Shown: positions 53,995 through 64,000 of the stretch, piece by piece
How positions within the stretch are numbered: position 1 is the first letter of the stretch
Layout of the letters: the number at the start of each line of letters is the position of its first letter
DNA from: an uncultured Nitrospiraceae bacterium
GTDB lineage: Bacteria > Nitrospirota > Thermodesulfovibrionia > Thermodesulfovibrionales > UBA6898
DNA length: 64,000 nucleotides
Assembly (NCBI GenBank): GCA_963811165.1
Contig: CAWEQH010000008.1
Span: forward strand, 544,001 to 608,000
Direction: 5' to 3'
Translations under genes and position numbers: made by a program
The notes under the pieces: model-generated
The model's input: only the letters and a program-made list of their open reading frames with translations
Databases searched by the model: none
What the model was told of the DNA's origin: nothing

Positions 53995-54679
53995 TGTCCG
54001 TCAGGATGCCCTTTACGAGGTGCTTGATGATGTGCGCCTTGCCCGCGGCACGGGGGTCGTGCGTGACCATGATGATCGTCTTGCCGAGTTCGTGGACGAG
54101 GCGCTCCATCAGATCCAGTATCTCCTCGGCAGATCTGCGGTCGAGGTCGCCGGTCGGTTCGTCCGCAACAAGTATCGTCGGGTCGGTCACGACTGCGCGG
54201 GCGATGGCGACCCTCTGCTGCTGGCCTCCCGAAAGTTGCGAAGGGTAGTGGTCCACCCTGTCCGAAAGACTCACGGCCCTGAGCGCCATATCCACATGCT
54301 CTTTCCTTTCCCTGCGCGAAAGCCCTGTCAAAAGAAGCGGAAGTTCGACGTTTTCGAACGCGGTCAGAACAGGCATAAGGTTATAGAACTGGAAGATGAA
54401 CCCGACATTCGTCGCACGCCAGCCTGCAAGGTCTGTTTCCGAAAGGGTGGTGATGTCGATCCCTCCGACCTTTATGGTCCCGGAGTCTGCCTTGTCGATG
54501 CCTGCAATGAGATTTAACAGCGTGCTTTTTCCCGAGCCGGAAGGCCCCATCAGCGCGATAAATTCACCCTCTGCGATGTCGAACGTGATGTCCTCAAGTA
54601 CCGGCACGGTCTGGCTGCCCCGCCTGTAGGACTTAAAGAGGTTCCTTAGCTCGACGATGATCGGCCTGGAATCGCCCAT
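53981..54679 (-). CDS. ABC transporter ATP-binding protein (LolD/MacB-like)
   Basis: GPSGSGKS, LSGGQQQR, ADEPTG, VTHD. Confidence 0.95.
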   Translation of the reverse strand: MGDSRPIIVELRNLFKSYRRGSQTVPVLEDITFDIAEGEFIALMGPSGSGKSTLLNLIAGIDKADSGTIKVGGIDITTLSETDLAGWRATNVGFIFQFYNLMPVLTAFENVELPLLLTGLSRRERKEHVDMALRAVSLSDRVDHYPSQLSGGQQQRVAIARAVVTDPTILVADEPTGDLDRRSAEEILDLMERLVHELGKTIIMVTHDPRAAGKAHIIKHLVKGILTDNGLV

Positions 54680-55897
54680 CTATTGCTCGGTAACTTTTAT
54701 CTTGGAGCCGGTTTTTAATTTGGCGGAGGGTTTCAGTACGATCTTGTCGCCCGTCTTAAGTCCCGCCGTGATTTCGATCATGTCTCCCATCTGCCGGCCT
54801 GTTGTTATCGGTGTCTCGATTACGCGGCTGTCTTTTATGAGGAACACAAATTTCCTGCCGTCCTTCGTAACTATTGCCGAAGGGTTTATCGCGGTGCGGG
54901 GCCTCTCTTCATCGGCTGCGACCGGCCTTTCGAGGAAAGCCACCTTCGCCGACATCTCCGGAAGGATACGGTTGTCCTTGTCCAGGAAAGCGACCTTCAC
55001 GAGCACAGTCGCTTTTGTCCTGTCGGCCGTGGGCACTATCATATGTACCGCACCCCGGAAACGCACATCGGGAAACGCGTCGAGCTGTATCTCACAGGGC
55101 TGCCCCTTCTTTACCTTCTCGATATTCGACTCGGAGACATCGACCTCTACCTGCAAAGAGCCCATGTCGGCGATCGTGACGACGGACGCCTTGGCATTTG
55201 CGGCAGCGCCGAAGGGGGTGACCATATCTCCGATGTCGGCGTCCTTTGTCAGGACCACGGCATCGAATGGAGCACGGATAAGCGTGTACTCTACGGAGGC
55301 GTTGGCTCCCTGAAGCGCTGCCTTATTCGCCTTGATCGTCGCTTCGGCGCTTGCAACCCCCGCCACCGCTTTCTTATATCGCGCCTCCGCAGTATCGGAA
55401 TCGGTCCGGGAAATAAAGCCCTTTCCGAGCAGTTCCCTGCTTCTGTTGAATTCAAGTGAGGCATCGTGAAGTTCGGCCTTCGCCTGATCGAGACCTGCCT
55501 TCGCTGCATTGAGGTTTTCCGCCGCCTGCTCCCTCGCCGCAATCACGTCTTCGCTTTCGAGTCTGGCGACGATATCGCCCTTTTTTACCCTGCTGCCTTC
55601 TTCAACAGAAAGCGAGACCAGCCGGCCGGTGGCCTTCGACGCAATGGCCGCCTTGCGCTGGGCCACTACGTAGCCGCTTGCGTTTAGGAGGGTGAAGGCC
55701 TGCGAAGGATATGTCTGTGTTACGGATGCGGTCTCGACCTTCACGGAAGGCGTGAATACGCCGTTCATATAAAGGACGACGAAGAGGAGAACGATTACTG
55801 CGGCCGCGACCGAACGGAAAAGTTTTTTCCGTTTCTTCGGCCCGACGACGGTCTCGGACTTGTCTATCTTGAGTTTCGAGAGGTCTTCGTTCCCCAT
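54680..55897 (-). CDS. Efflux periplasmic adaptor (MFP)
   Basis: N-terminal TM, V.EG..V.KG, IRAPFD.VV, LPEMSAKV. Confidence 0.92.
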   Translation of the reverse strand: MGNEDLSKLKIDKSETVVGPKKRKKLFRSVAAAVIVLLFVVLYMNGVFTPSVKVETASVTQTYPSQAFTLLNASGYVVAQRKAAIASKATGRLVSLSVEEGSRVKKGDIVARLESEDVIAAREQAAENLNAAKAGLDQAKAELHDASLEFNRSRELLGKGFISRTDSDTAEARYKKAVAGVASAEATIKANKAALQGANASVEYTLIRAPFDAVVLTKDADIGDMVTPFGAAANAKASVVTIADMGSLQVEVDVSESNIEKVKKGQPCEIQLDAFPDVRFRGAVHMIVPTADRTKATVLVKVAFLDKDNRILPEMSAKVAFLERPVAADEERPRTAINPSAIVTKDGRKFVFLIKDSRVIETPITTGRQMGDMIEITAGLKTGDKIVLKPSAKLKTGSKIKVTEQ

Positions 55898-56011
55898 TAT
55901 AAAGCTCCTTACGTTCATTGTTAAAAAAGGATCTCACCATTATAGCAAATCCGGCTCGCATCTTAGAGTAATTTATATCAACACGCAGGGGACCCATCTT
56001 CTTTCTCATTC

Positions 56012-56031
56012 CCTGCCTGCCGGCAGGCAGG
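56012..56031. repeat. Perfect 20-bp palindrome CCTGCCTGCCGGCAGGCAGG (REP-like)
   Basis: Intergenic perfect palindrome within GGGGAC...GTCCCC flanks. Confidence 0.65.
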
Positions 56032-56216
56032 TCGCTGCGTTCAGAGTCCCCCAATAAATGAAGAGATGCAGGAATATGCTCCGAAAAAACTTTATAATGT
56101 CGCAATTTGCGGTCAAGATGATGAAGTCATCAGTCCTGAAGATAAGCGCCCTTCAAGGTGCAGGCCGTTTCCATGGCGCTTATTCTAAGACATCGAGAAT
56201 TCAAGCGCAATGGTAT

Positions 56217-57341
56217 CTATTTTTTTGTGATATGGACCGGCTGGACCTGCGCCCCTTCCGCGATGCCGAACCCGGGATTCAGCACCACGATTTCTCCTTT
56301 ATCCAGTCCGGATTGAATTTTCACCGACTTTCCGTCGCTCTCTGCGATTACCACCTGACGGAAGTTCACCTTGTTCCCGGCCGCCAAAACGGCCACAAGG
56401 GTCTTGTCCTCTTTCGGGAGTATGGCATCGGCAGGGACCTCGACGTAGGGTGGCGTCCGCAGCGTCAGAGAGACCTGCACAAAGCTCCCGGCAATTATCA
56501 GCCCCTTTGCATTGTCAAGGTCAAGCTCTGTAAGGAGGGTGCGGGTCTTTTGGTCGAGTTCCCCGCTCATCCTCGATACCGAAGCGGACAGCGTAACGCC
56601 GGGCCGCGACGGGTCCGAGATCTCGGCGCGCTCTCCCACATGGACAAACGATGCCTCCCTCTGGTCCAGATATGCATATATCCTCAGCCTGTCGGTTTGT
56701 GAAAGGGTCACCAGAGGCAGGGCGTTTGTCTGGGAAGTAGCTGCGGACTGGACCAGCGCGCCACGGTCTGCATAACGCACCGTCACCGTTGCAGGGAAGG
56801 GCGCCCGGAGTATCTCATAACCCTTCTGTTCCCTGAGTGATTCCGCATTGGCCTCGGCGACCCTGGCCGTTGTTTCCGCATTGTCGGAGTCCTGCTGGGA
56901 GACATATCCTTTTTTTACGAGCGCCCTAAAACGGTCGGCATCGATACGTTTGTTCTTCGCGTCCGCAAGGGCCGCATCGTACTGCCGGTCCAGTTCCGGA
57001 GACTCAATCACCGCCATTACCTGCCCCTCTTTTACCCGATCGCCCTTATCGACCCTGATTTCCTTTAAATAGCCGCTCACTTTGGCATAAAGGGTGACGG
57101 TAGCATAAGGCCGCGCTTCGCCCGCAATCGTAACCGTGCGCATTCCGGGGGAAGGGGCCGCAGATACCACGCGGACCGAGATACCGGCACTGGCGGCTGC
57201 TGCCCTTTCCTTCAGTTCCCTTCCGATATATGCTTTCTTCCTTTCCGAAAGAACCAACAGGGCTGCCAGTGCAACGATAATAAGGACGGCTCCTGAAAAA
57301 ATAAGGGTGCGTCTTTCATGGGGACTAGCTTCTTTCTTCAT
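56217..57341 (-). CDS. RND efflux periplasmic adaptor
   Basis: AKVSGYL....VDKGD.V, LRAPF, TRTL..E. Confidence 0.92.
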   Translation of the reverse strand: MKKEASPHERRTLIFSGAVLIIVALAALLVLSERKKAYIGRELKERAAAASAGISVRVVSAAPSPGMRTVTIAGEARPYATVTLYAKVSGYLKEIRVDKGDRVKEGQVMAVIESPELDRQYDAALADAKNKRIDADRFRALVKKGYVSQQDSDNAETTARVAEANAESLREQKGYEILRAPFPATVTVRYADRGALVQSAATSQTNALPLVTLSQTDRLRIYAYLDQREASFVHVGERAEISDPSRPGVTLSASVSRMSGELDQKTRTLLTELDLDNAKGLIIAGSFVQVSLTLRTPPYVEVPADAILPKEDKTLVAVLAAGNKVNFRQVVIAESDGKSVKIQSGLDKGEIVVLNPGFGIAEGAQVQPVHITKK

Positions 57342-60300
57342 CGTTTTCTCCGGTTTTTCTTTGTATCTCAGCCTCGAACCTTTCGTCGAGGAGATGTTTT
57401 GAAGGCAGCTTTTTGCGCATCAGGGAATAAATGACCGGCACGATAAACAGCGTCACAAACGTAGCCAGGAGGAGACCGCCTATTACTGCCCGGCCCAGCG
57501 GCGCATTCTGCTCGCCCGCCTCGCCCATTGCAAATGCCATCGGCAGCATGCCGATGATCATGGCAAGGGCGGTCATCACCACGGGGCGAAGCCTGGTCTT
57601 TCCCGCCTCGATCGCTGCCTCCTCAGGAGGCAGACCCTTTTCCACCCTGACGTCGTTGGCGAAACTGACCAGGAGGATGGAGTTCGCAGTCGCAATTCCG
57701 ACCGCCATGATCGAACCCATGAGGGATTCAACATTTATCGTTGTGCCTGTGAGGGCGAGCATCCAAAGTATTCCGATCAATGCGCCCGGCACCGCCATCA
57801 TGATGATAAATGGATCGAGCCATGACTGGAACAGGACCACCATAAGAAAATAGACGAGGATGATTGCGAGGACCAGCCCCAGGGCCAGACTCCTGAAAGA
57901 CTGATACATCACCTCGGTTTGGCCGCGGAGGGTTATGCGTATGCCGGGCGGCAGGGGTTTTAAAGAGGCGATCTTTTTCTCTATCTCGGCAGCGACCGAA
58001 CCGAGGTCGCGGCCTTCCACGTCCGCCTCGGTGTCCAGCACGCGCTGGACGGTATAGTGCGTGATATTTTCAGCACTCACCGAGTGAGAAATGACGGCCA
58101 GGTCTGCAAGCGTCTGCGAGCCCGCCTGCGGCCGGTCCGAGGGGGAAGGGATGACCGAAGGCTGAAGCAAGGCTGTTTGCAGGGGAGTGGTCAGCGGTAT
58201 AGTATGGAGAGTCCCGAAGGAATTAATGCGCTCGGGCGGTATCTGGACCGCGACGCTATAGTTTACGTTATTTGCAGGATTTAGGAAAAAAGACGGGGCA
58301 ACAAGGGCACTGGATGAAAGTGCGATGAGTGCGTTGTTCGCCACATCGCGCTCGCTCAGTCCGAGCCTTGCGGCGCGGGCGCGGTCGACATCTACCTGCA
58401 GGGACGGGTAATCGAGGACCTGGTTTATATGCACGTCTACGGCCCCGGGTATTTGCCTCATAGCGTCCCGCATCTTAAGGGCATATGCATACGAACGGTT
58501 GAAATCCGCGCCCTCTATCTGGACATCGAGCGGGGAGGTGAGACCGAAATTCAGGACCTGCGTCACGATGTCGGCGGCCTGAAAATAGAAACGAGATCCG
58601 GGGAACGCCCGGGGAAGGACCTCGCGTATCTTCTGCCTGTAAAAGGCGGTGGGACGATGCCCTTTTTTCAGCGCGATGAGGACCTCGGCGTCCATCCCCC
58701 CGATGTTTTCGGTCTGGACGAAGGCCATGTTGTAGAAGATAGGTACTCCTATCATAGCGTTTACCGTCTCGATCTCATCGGCGGGGATGATCTCGCGGAT
58801 CTTATTTTCGACTTCAGCGATCAGGTCTTCCGTCTCCTCGATGCGCGTCCCCGAAGGCGCCCGGAAGTGGAGCTTCATCAACCCTGCATCCACCGAGGGG
58901 AAAAAATCCGTCCCGATGAAAAAGACAAGCGCTATACTTATTAAGACCAGGATGCCGGAGACTATCAGGGTAAAAGGGCGGTGGCGCATTATTGTTCCGA
59001 GGGCGCTGCCGTACGCGCCTTGAAGCCTGGCGTATCCAGTGAGCCTCCAGTGTTCCAGCTTGACTGCAAGCCGGCCCAAAGATCCCGATGTCTTGGTTTT
59101 TTCTTCGGTCTCTTTCCTATGCTGTTCCCTCCCCAGGAGCATGCGCGACAGGACCGGGACGAGTGTCCGCGACAGGACGTATGATGCCAGCATCGCCGAC
59201 ACTACCGCAAGCGCCAGGGGCGTGAAGAGGTATTTTGCCGCCCCGTAGAGGAGCACCACAGGGAAAAAGACGACGCAGATCGACAGTGTCGAGACGATCG
59301 CAGGCACCGCAATCTGGCTTGAGCCGTCTAAGACGGCATTGGTCAGGGGCTTCCCTAAAGCGAGGTTCCTGTGGATGTTTTCGACCGCGACAGTGGCGTC
59401 ATCGACGAGCATACCTATTGCAAGCGCGAGCCCGCCGAGGGTCATGATATTGATGCTCTGGCCCGCAAGGTTCATGCATATGACCGCGACGAAGATCGAA
59501 AGGGGGATAGAGGTTGAGACCACTACCATGCTCCTCCAGCTGCCGAGAAAGATCAGGATCATGAGGGATACCAGTATCGAAGCCAGGACCGCCTCCCTGA
59601 CCACCCCCTCGATGGCACCTCGCACAAAGATCGACTGGTCGAAGTCGATCTTCAGTTCCAGTCCCTCCGGGGCCGCTGCCTTGATAGAGGGCAGCGCTTC
59701 CCTCGTCGAGTCCACCACAGCAAGTGTCGATGCGTCGGCATGCTTAAGTAGGGCAAGGTACGTGGCCCTTCTGCCGTTTACCCTTACTATGTTCGTCTGT
59801 TCAGCGAAACTGTCGGAAACCCTGGCGACATCGCCCAGATATACGGTGGCGGTCCCGACGACCTTAACAGGGATATGGTTAAACTGGTCCAGGATGCGGG
59901 GGCTTGCGTTGGTCAGAACATTGTACTCTGTCCCCCCCATGCGGGCGGTCCCGGCCGGTATTATGACGTTTGATGTCTGGAGCGCATTTACGACGTCGGC
60001 CGCCGAAAGGCCCCTTGAGGTGAGCGCGCCCGGATCGACATCGATCATGATCTGCCGGTTTTTTCCGCCGAAGGGTGCGGGAATCGAGAGACCGGGTATC
60101 GTAAAGAGCCTCACGCGAATGAAGTTAAGACCGTAGTCGAAGATCTGTTCCTCGGGAAGGGTGTTGCTTGAGGCCGTTAATTGCGCCACCGGGACATTCG
60201 AGGCGTTGTACTGAACGATTACAGGGGGCTGCATGCCCGGAGGCGCGATCCTCAGGATCGTGCTCGACACCGAAGATATCTGGGATATCGCCGCACCTAT

Positions 60301-60603
60301 GTCGCTGCCCGGCTGGAAATAGACCTTTAGCAGGCCCACCCCTGGGATCGACTGGGACTCTATGCGCTGGATGCCGTTTACCGTTGTCGAATACGCCCTT
60401 TCGCTGATGAGGACTACCCTCCGTTCCATGTCCTCCGGCGAGAGGCCGGGATAGTTCCATACGACTATCACGACAGGTATATCGATTGCCGGGAAGATAT
60501 CGACGATCATCCGGGTGGCCGAAAGGGCGCCCAGTACAAGGATCAGGAGCGCCATCACCGCAACCGTGTAAGGCCGCCGGAGTGCAAGCCTGACTATCCA
60601 CAT
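57325..60603 (-). CDS. RND efflux permease (AcrB/CusA family)
   Basis: DIFP.IDIP, GMLVDDATV.VENI, RLRPVVMTALA.I.GM.P. Confidence 0.95.
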   Translation of the reverse strand: MWIVRLALRRPYTVAVMALLILVLGALSATRMIVDIFPAIDIPVVIVVWNYPGLSPEDMERRVVLISERAYSTTVNGIQRIESQSIPGVGLLKVYFQPGSDIGAAISQISSVSSTILRIAPPGMQPPVIVQYNASNVPVAQLTASSNTLPEEQIFDYGLNFIRVRLFTIPGLSIPAPFGGKNRQIMIDVDPGALTSRGLSAADVVNALQTSNVIIPAGTARMGGTEYNVLTNASPRILDQFNHIPVKVVGTATVYLGDVARVSDSFAEQTNIVRVNGRRATYLALLKHADASTLAVVDSTREALPSIKAAAPEGLELKIDFDQSIFVRGAIEGVVREAVLASILVSLMILIFLGSWRSMVVVSTSIPLSIFVAVICMNLAGQSINIMTLGGLALAIGMLVDDATVAVENIHRNLALGKPLTNAVLDGSSQIAVPAIVSTLSICVVFFPVVLLYGAAKYLFTPLALAVVSAMLASYVLSRTLVPVLSRMLLGREQHRKETEEKTKTSGSLGRLAVKLEHWRLTGYARLQGAYGSALGTIMRHRPFTLIVSGILVLISIALVFFIGTDFFPSVDAGLMKLHFRAPSGTRIEETEDLIAEVENKIREIIPADEIETVNAMIGVPIFYNMAFVQTENIGGMDAEVLIALKKGHRPTAFYRQKIREVLPRAFPGSRFYFQAADIVTQVLNFGLTSPLDVQIEGADFNRSYAYALKMRDAMRQIPGAVDVHINQVLDYPSLQVDVDRARAARLGLSERDVANNALIALSSSALVAPSFFLNPANNVNYSVAVQIPPERINSFGTLHTIPLTTPLQTALLQPSVIPSPSDRPQAGSQTLADLAVISHSVSAENITHYTVQRVLDTEADVEGRDLGSVAAEIEKKIASLKPLPPGIRITLRGQTEVMYQSFRSLALGLVLAIILVYFLMVVLFQSWLDPFIIMMAVPGALIGILWMLALTGTTINVESLMGSIMAVGIATANSILLVSFANDVRVEKGLPPEEAAIEAGKTRLRPVVMTALAMIIGMLPMAFAMGEAGEQNAPLGRAVIGGLLLATFVTLFIVPVIYSLMRKKLPSKHLLDERFEAEIQRKTGENDEERS

Positions 60604-60839
60604 ATGACTTCGGCCTCAGCCGGGAGTGCGAAGGGTCCTTTCATAATATTTTTTCCGAACGTCTCCATAGCTACATCTTAGCTGGTTACCACGTTTCGTC
60701 AACACTATGGTGATGAACCGGGGGCACCCCTTTGAAACCGGGTCATAACACTTACAGAAGGTCAGGTATTTTGTGTGCTGAAGGTTAAAGGGTGCACAGG
60801 AGGCATGCTAGTGTGGCATGAACCGCATGCCCCCAGAGA

Positions 60840-62083
60840 TTAACGTCTCCCCCCGCCAAAGGAACCTCCTCCTCTTCCACCGCCGCCGAAGGAGCCCCTC
60901 ATCCCGCCGAAGGAACCGCTGCTGAACCTTCCCCCGGCCGAAGGAGCGCTGAACGATCTAAAGCCGCCGGCAGGCGAGGTGAATGACCTGCCTCCCGTGG
61001 ACGGCGTGAAATTCTGCGTCCTGTAAGCGGGCTGAGTGAACGTCCGGCCCTGACCTGAAGACGGCACAAAGGTATGCGGCGCTCTATAGGTGCCCTGAGT
61101 GAATGACCTGCGGCCGTTGAAGTTTGAACTCCCGTACGTCCTTGTTGTCGGAGCCAAGCCCCCGGTTACTGTCCTTCTGCCTGCAGTTGAAACAGAAGCC
61201 GTGCTATGGGAAGGCGAACGGGAAATCCCATTTCCGACGCTATTGACCCTTGCCGGTGCAAACGTCCTGCTGTGTGTCATGATGGATTGTGCACTGCTCC
61301 TTGCGGAAGGGCTCGTCCATCCTCTCGTGCCGCCCCTGTCCCCAAAAATCCCTCCATGGGCCCTGTGTGCAGGGTCGATACGCGACATCCTCCCGGTTGA
61401 GGGATCGCGGAAATGGTTGCTGATAAATTCCCTGTCCCCATGGTCGTGATGATGCCCATGTCCATGGTGCCCGTGGAACCCTATATCAAAATCCGCCAGT
61501 ACAAAGAACCCCGGGAACCAGAAATCCCACCACCAAAACGGATATGGTACCCAGCTATAAAGGTATGCATAATCTGCGGGAGGTGCATAGTAGGTGACTA
61601 CGGGGGGCCCCTCGTCGTAATAGTGTCGTTCATTGCCTCAGCGTCGGGGTAATCCGCGGGAGAGGCAATATTCGCCGTAGGGTTTGAGATGCCCGCAGTG
61701 AGAGACATGTTATACGCGGCCATCACATCCTCAAATGCCTTCACCGCAGAATCCTTTGTTTCGGGTATTTTGCCTGCAGCTGCAGCATCTCCGATAGAAG
61801 CCTGCAATTCACCGGCGATATCCGGCGTAACCGGGTAATCGGCGATCCAGCCGTTTTTCGGTGCAATGCCGACCGCGCTTAACGAACTTTCGGCCTCAGC
61901 CTCGTTTGTGGCCGGCCCCACCTTCAGGGCATTTGCAAGTTTGGTTGCAAAAGTGCCTTCCCTTACCAGGGGCTGTGAAAGCGGGGGAGTGGCTGTTGCC
62001 GTCTGGGCGGACTGGGCAACCGCCATGGCCGGCATCATAACCAGAGCTATAATAATTGTTGCCACCACGACTAAGCTTTTCAT
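60840..62083 (-). pseudogene. Secreted protein with aromatic/His-rich core and Gly/Ser/Arg-rich tail, one frameshift near 61625
   Basis: Restoring one base gives ...NDYYYDEGPPVVTYYAPP...WVPYPFWW...GHHGHGHHHDHG..., continuing in frame into ORF 60840-61388. Confidence 0.75.
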
Positions 62084-62397
62084 TTTTCTCCACCTCTTTC
62101 CACACTCTTCACATGAAAACGCACCTCTTATTTATAAGATGGAACAATGCCGGAATAATCGCAAAGTCTTAACTATAGAGGAAAGCCCCAATTAAGGCTG
62201 TTTCGGCAGCTAAAAGGTGAAAGGCAGAAAAAATTGCGCTTTCTCCCGCAAGATATCGCCCCAGCTCACGCTATGTCGCATCCGGGTCGACCGGAAAACG
62301 GAACTTGTTGATAACCTTCGCAATGAAGTGAAGTCCTTCACATTTTCTTCAAAGTGATCTTTCATACTGAGCTAAATTAAAGAGGGAGGACAATGAC

Positions 62398-62934
62398 ATG
62401 AAAAAAGAAAAATTGGTTTTTTTAGCCGTTGCTTTATCGCTTCTTTTTGTAACAGCTTTTTCAGTCAGGAGTGAAGCCGGGGTAAGTATAGGCATAGGGA
62501 TCAATGTCCCCGCCTTCAGGTTTTCCGCGCCGCCTCCCTTGGTGGTAATACCCGGGACATACGCTTATTATGCTCCCGATGCGGATGTGGACGTTGTCTT
62601 TTATCACGGCTTCTGGTACCGTCCCTATGAGGGCCGCTGGTATCGTGGCAGGGGGTATAACGGCCCGTGGATCAATCTTGCCCCTGCGAGGGTACCAAGC
62701 GTCCTCTTAGAACTGCCGCCCGATTTTCGGCATGTGTATGCCGGACAAGAGCGTATACCCTATGGAGATTTCCACAGGAACTGGAGGAGATGGGAGAAGG
62801 ACAGGTACTGGGAGAGGAACGAACGATGGAAGGAGGGGTTACATCGTGAACGGCGGGATGAAAGAAGAGAGGATAGAAGGGAAGGCAAAGGAGAGAGGCG
62901 CGAAGAGCACAGGGAGGGGGGAGGACGGTATTAG
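62398..62934 (+). CDS. Secreted protein (GVSIGIGIN / Trp-Tyr-rich, charged tail)
   Basis: SD GGAGG; signal peptide ending SEA; PP.LVVIPGTY.YY.PD, W.....YNGPW. Confidence 0.8.
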   Translation: MKKEKLVFLAVALSLLFVTAFSVRSEAGVSIGIGINVPAFRFSAPPPLVVIPGTYAYYAPDADVDVVFYHGFWYRPYEGRWYRGRGYNGPWINLAPARVPSVLLELPPDFRHVYAGQERIPYGDFHRNWRRWEKDRYWERNERWKEGLHRERRDERREDRREGKGERREEHREGGGRY

Positions 62935-63005
62935 AAGAGGCGACGGATATTGGCCCATGGTTTTGACTTCAACGCCTGCATCTTTCGCAGTATTCAAATG
63001 ATACC

Positions 63006-63038
63006 CCATAAGGGGCCGCCAACGCGGCCCCTTATGGT
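63006..63038. terminator. Strong hairpin between co-directional genes
   Basis: CCATAAGGGGCCGC...GCGGCCCCTTATGG. Confidence 0.5.
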
Positions 63039-63181
63039 GTAGTGGGTTTCTCTCCCATCCCCTTTCCATACCATTTGTCGTCCGGGTGAGTCTTCCGACC
63101 TTCGTCGCACTTCTGAGTTTCACCGGACTTTTTCAACCCTCGGTCGCGAAAATGGTATTCTTTATAAGAGGGTTTCGGTTT

Positions 63182-64000
63182 ATGTCAAAGAAAAGGATCT
63201 TTTCATCCATAGTATTTCTTCTGGGCGTGCTTTCGGCCGTGTCTTCTTATGCAGGGCAACTTACCTTGCAAGACGAAAAGGTGATTGTCCGGTTCGATGA
63301 CCACCTTCAAAATGCTGCGAAAGAGATAGCCGGTCTTTATCCGTCTGTCCGGGCGGAACTGAAGAAGGACCTTGGATGGGAAACCGATTTCCGCGCCGAG
63401 ATCGTAGTGATGAAAGACAGCGCATCTTTCAGAAGGGTCTCGGGAAGTGATCTCGTGACCGCCTTCGCCGTCCCCAAAGAGGATCTCATCGTGATCGATT
63501 ACTCGAAAATGGGGGTCCACCCCTTCACCACCGATGTGACACTGAAACATGAATTGTGTCATCTGGAACTTCATCATCATATCGCCGGGGAGAGGCTCCC
63601 GAGATGGCTCGATGAAGGGATTTGCCAGTGGGTCACAGGAGGCCTGGCCGAGATAATAAGTGAGGGGAGCCGTTCTGTTTTGAGGGATGCCGCCCTCTCG
63701 AACGGGTTGATAAGCATCGAAAGGTTGACCCAAAATTTTCCATCTGACGGCAGAGACCTCCTCCTTGCGTACGAAGAAAGCAAGAGCATAGTCGACTATA
63801 TAAAAGAGAAGTTTGGCGTTTCAGGGATCCGGGGCATATTGGATCAGATGGGCCGGGGCGATGACCTGGACGACGCCGTCCGGAAGACCCTTTTGATATC
63901 CCCTGACGAACTTGAGAAGCAATGGAGATCGTCTATCTCAAGAAAGAACCTTTGGCCCACCTACATGCGGGATAACCTGTATGAGATACTTTTTTTATTT
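63182..64000 (+). CDS. Exported peptidase MA-family metallohydrolase (runs off the window end)
   Basis: MSKKRIFSS... signal peptide; LKHELCH...LPRWLDEG; absent from the ORF track because no stop is in the window. Confidence 0.85.
   Translation, partial: MSKKRIFSSIVFLLGVLSAVSSYAGQLTLQDEKVIVRFDDHLQNAAKEIAGLYPSVRAELKKDLGWETDFRAEIVVMKDSASFRRVSGSDLVTAFAVPKEDLIVIDYSKMGVHPFTTDVTLKHELCHLELHHHIAGERLPRWLDEGICQWVTGGLAEIISEGSRSVLRDAALSNGLISIERLTQNFPSDGRDLLLAYEESKSIVDYIKEKFGVSGIRGILDQMGRGDDLDDAVRKTLLISPDELEKQWRSSISRKNLWPTYMRDNLYEILFLF

Noticed and set aside
63203..63789. Minus-strand ORFs at the window end and the many other overlapping track ORFs
   Set aside because: Antisense or off-frame shadows of well-supported genes, with no motifs

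Overview
Mostly core-like bacterial chromosome. The gene repertoire suggests an anaerobic Nitrospirota/Deltaproteobacteria-type organism, which is an inference. In order, the window holds: a secreted DUF1566 protein; a 2.05-kb two-tyrosine-recombinase element bounded by inverted repeats; an orphan radical SAM/HhH gene; and a potassium locus (NhaP-type antiporter, stand-alone KimA-like cytoplasmic domain, two micro-ORFs including kdpF, kdpABC, an exported protein, kdpDE). Next come a surface-glycosylation cluster, signalling genes (hybrid kinases, an MCP with a C-terminal PhnD-like domain, a GAF-GGDEF protein), a TPP-riboswitch thiSGEC operon, thiD, and leuS-lptE-holA/rpsT. The rest is a CSLREA-type surface protein, a HEPN/MNT module between tRNA-3'-end-like repeats, dsrE, polX, ABC and RND efflux genes and secreted proteins. 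The best leads are the expanded kdp operon led by a free KimA-type (putative c-di-AMP-binding) domain, the dual-recombinase element, a ~88-aa C-terminal domain shared by two unrelated secreted proteins, the MCP-PhnD fusion, the att-flanked toxin-antitoxin mini-island, a REP inserted in frame in leuS and a candidate sRNA with C-rich loops. Several genes carry single-base indels that may be assembly errors. All family calls are by eye; no searches were run.
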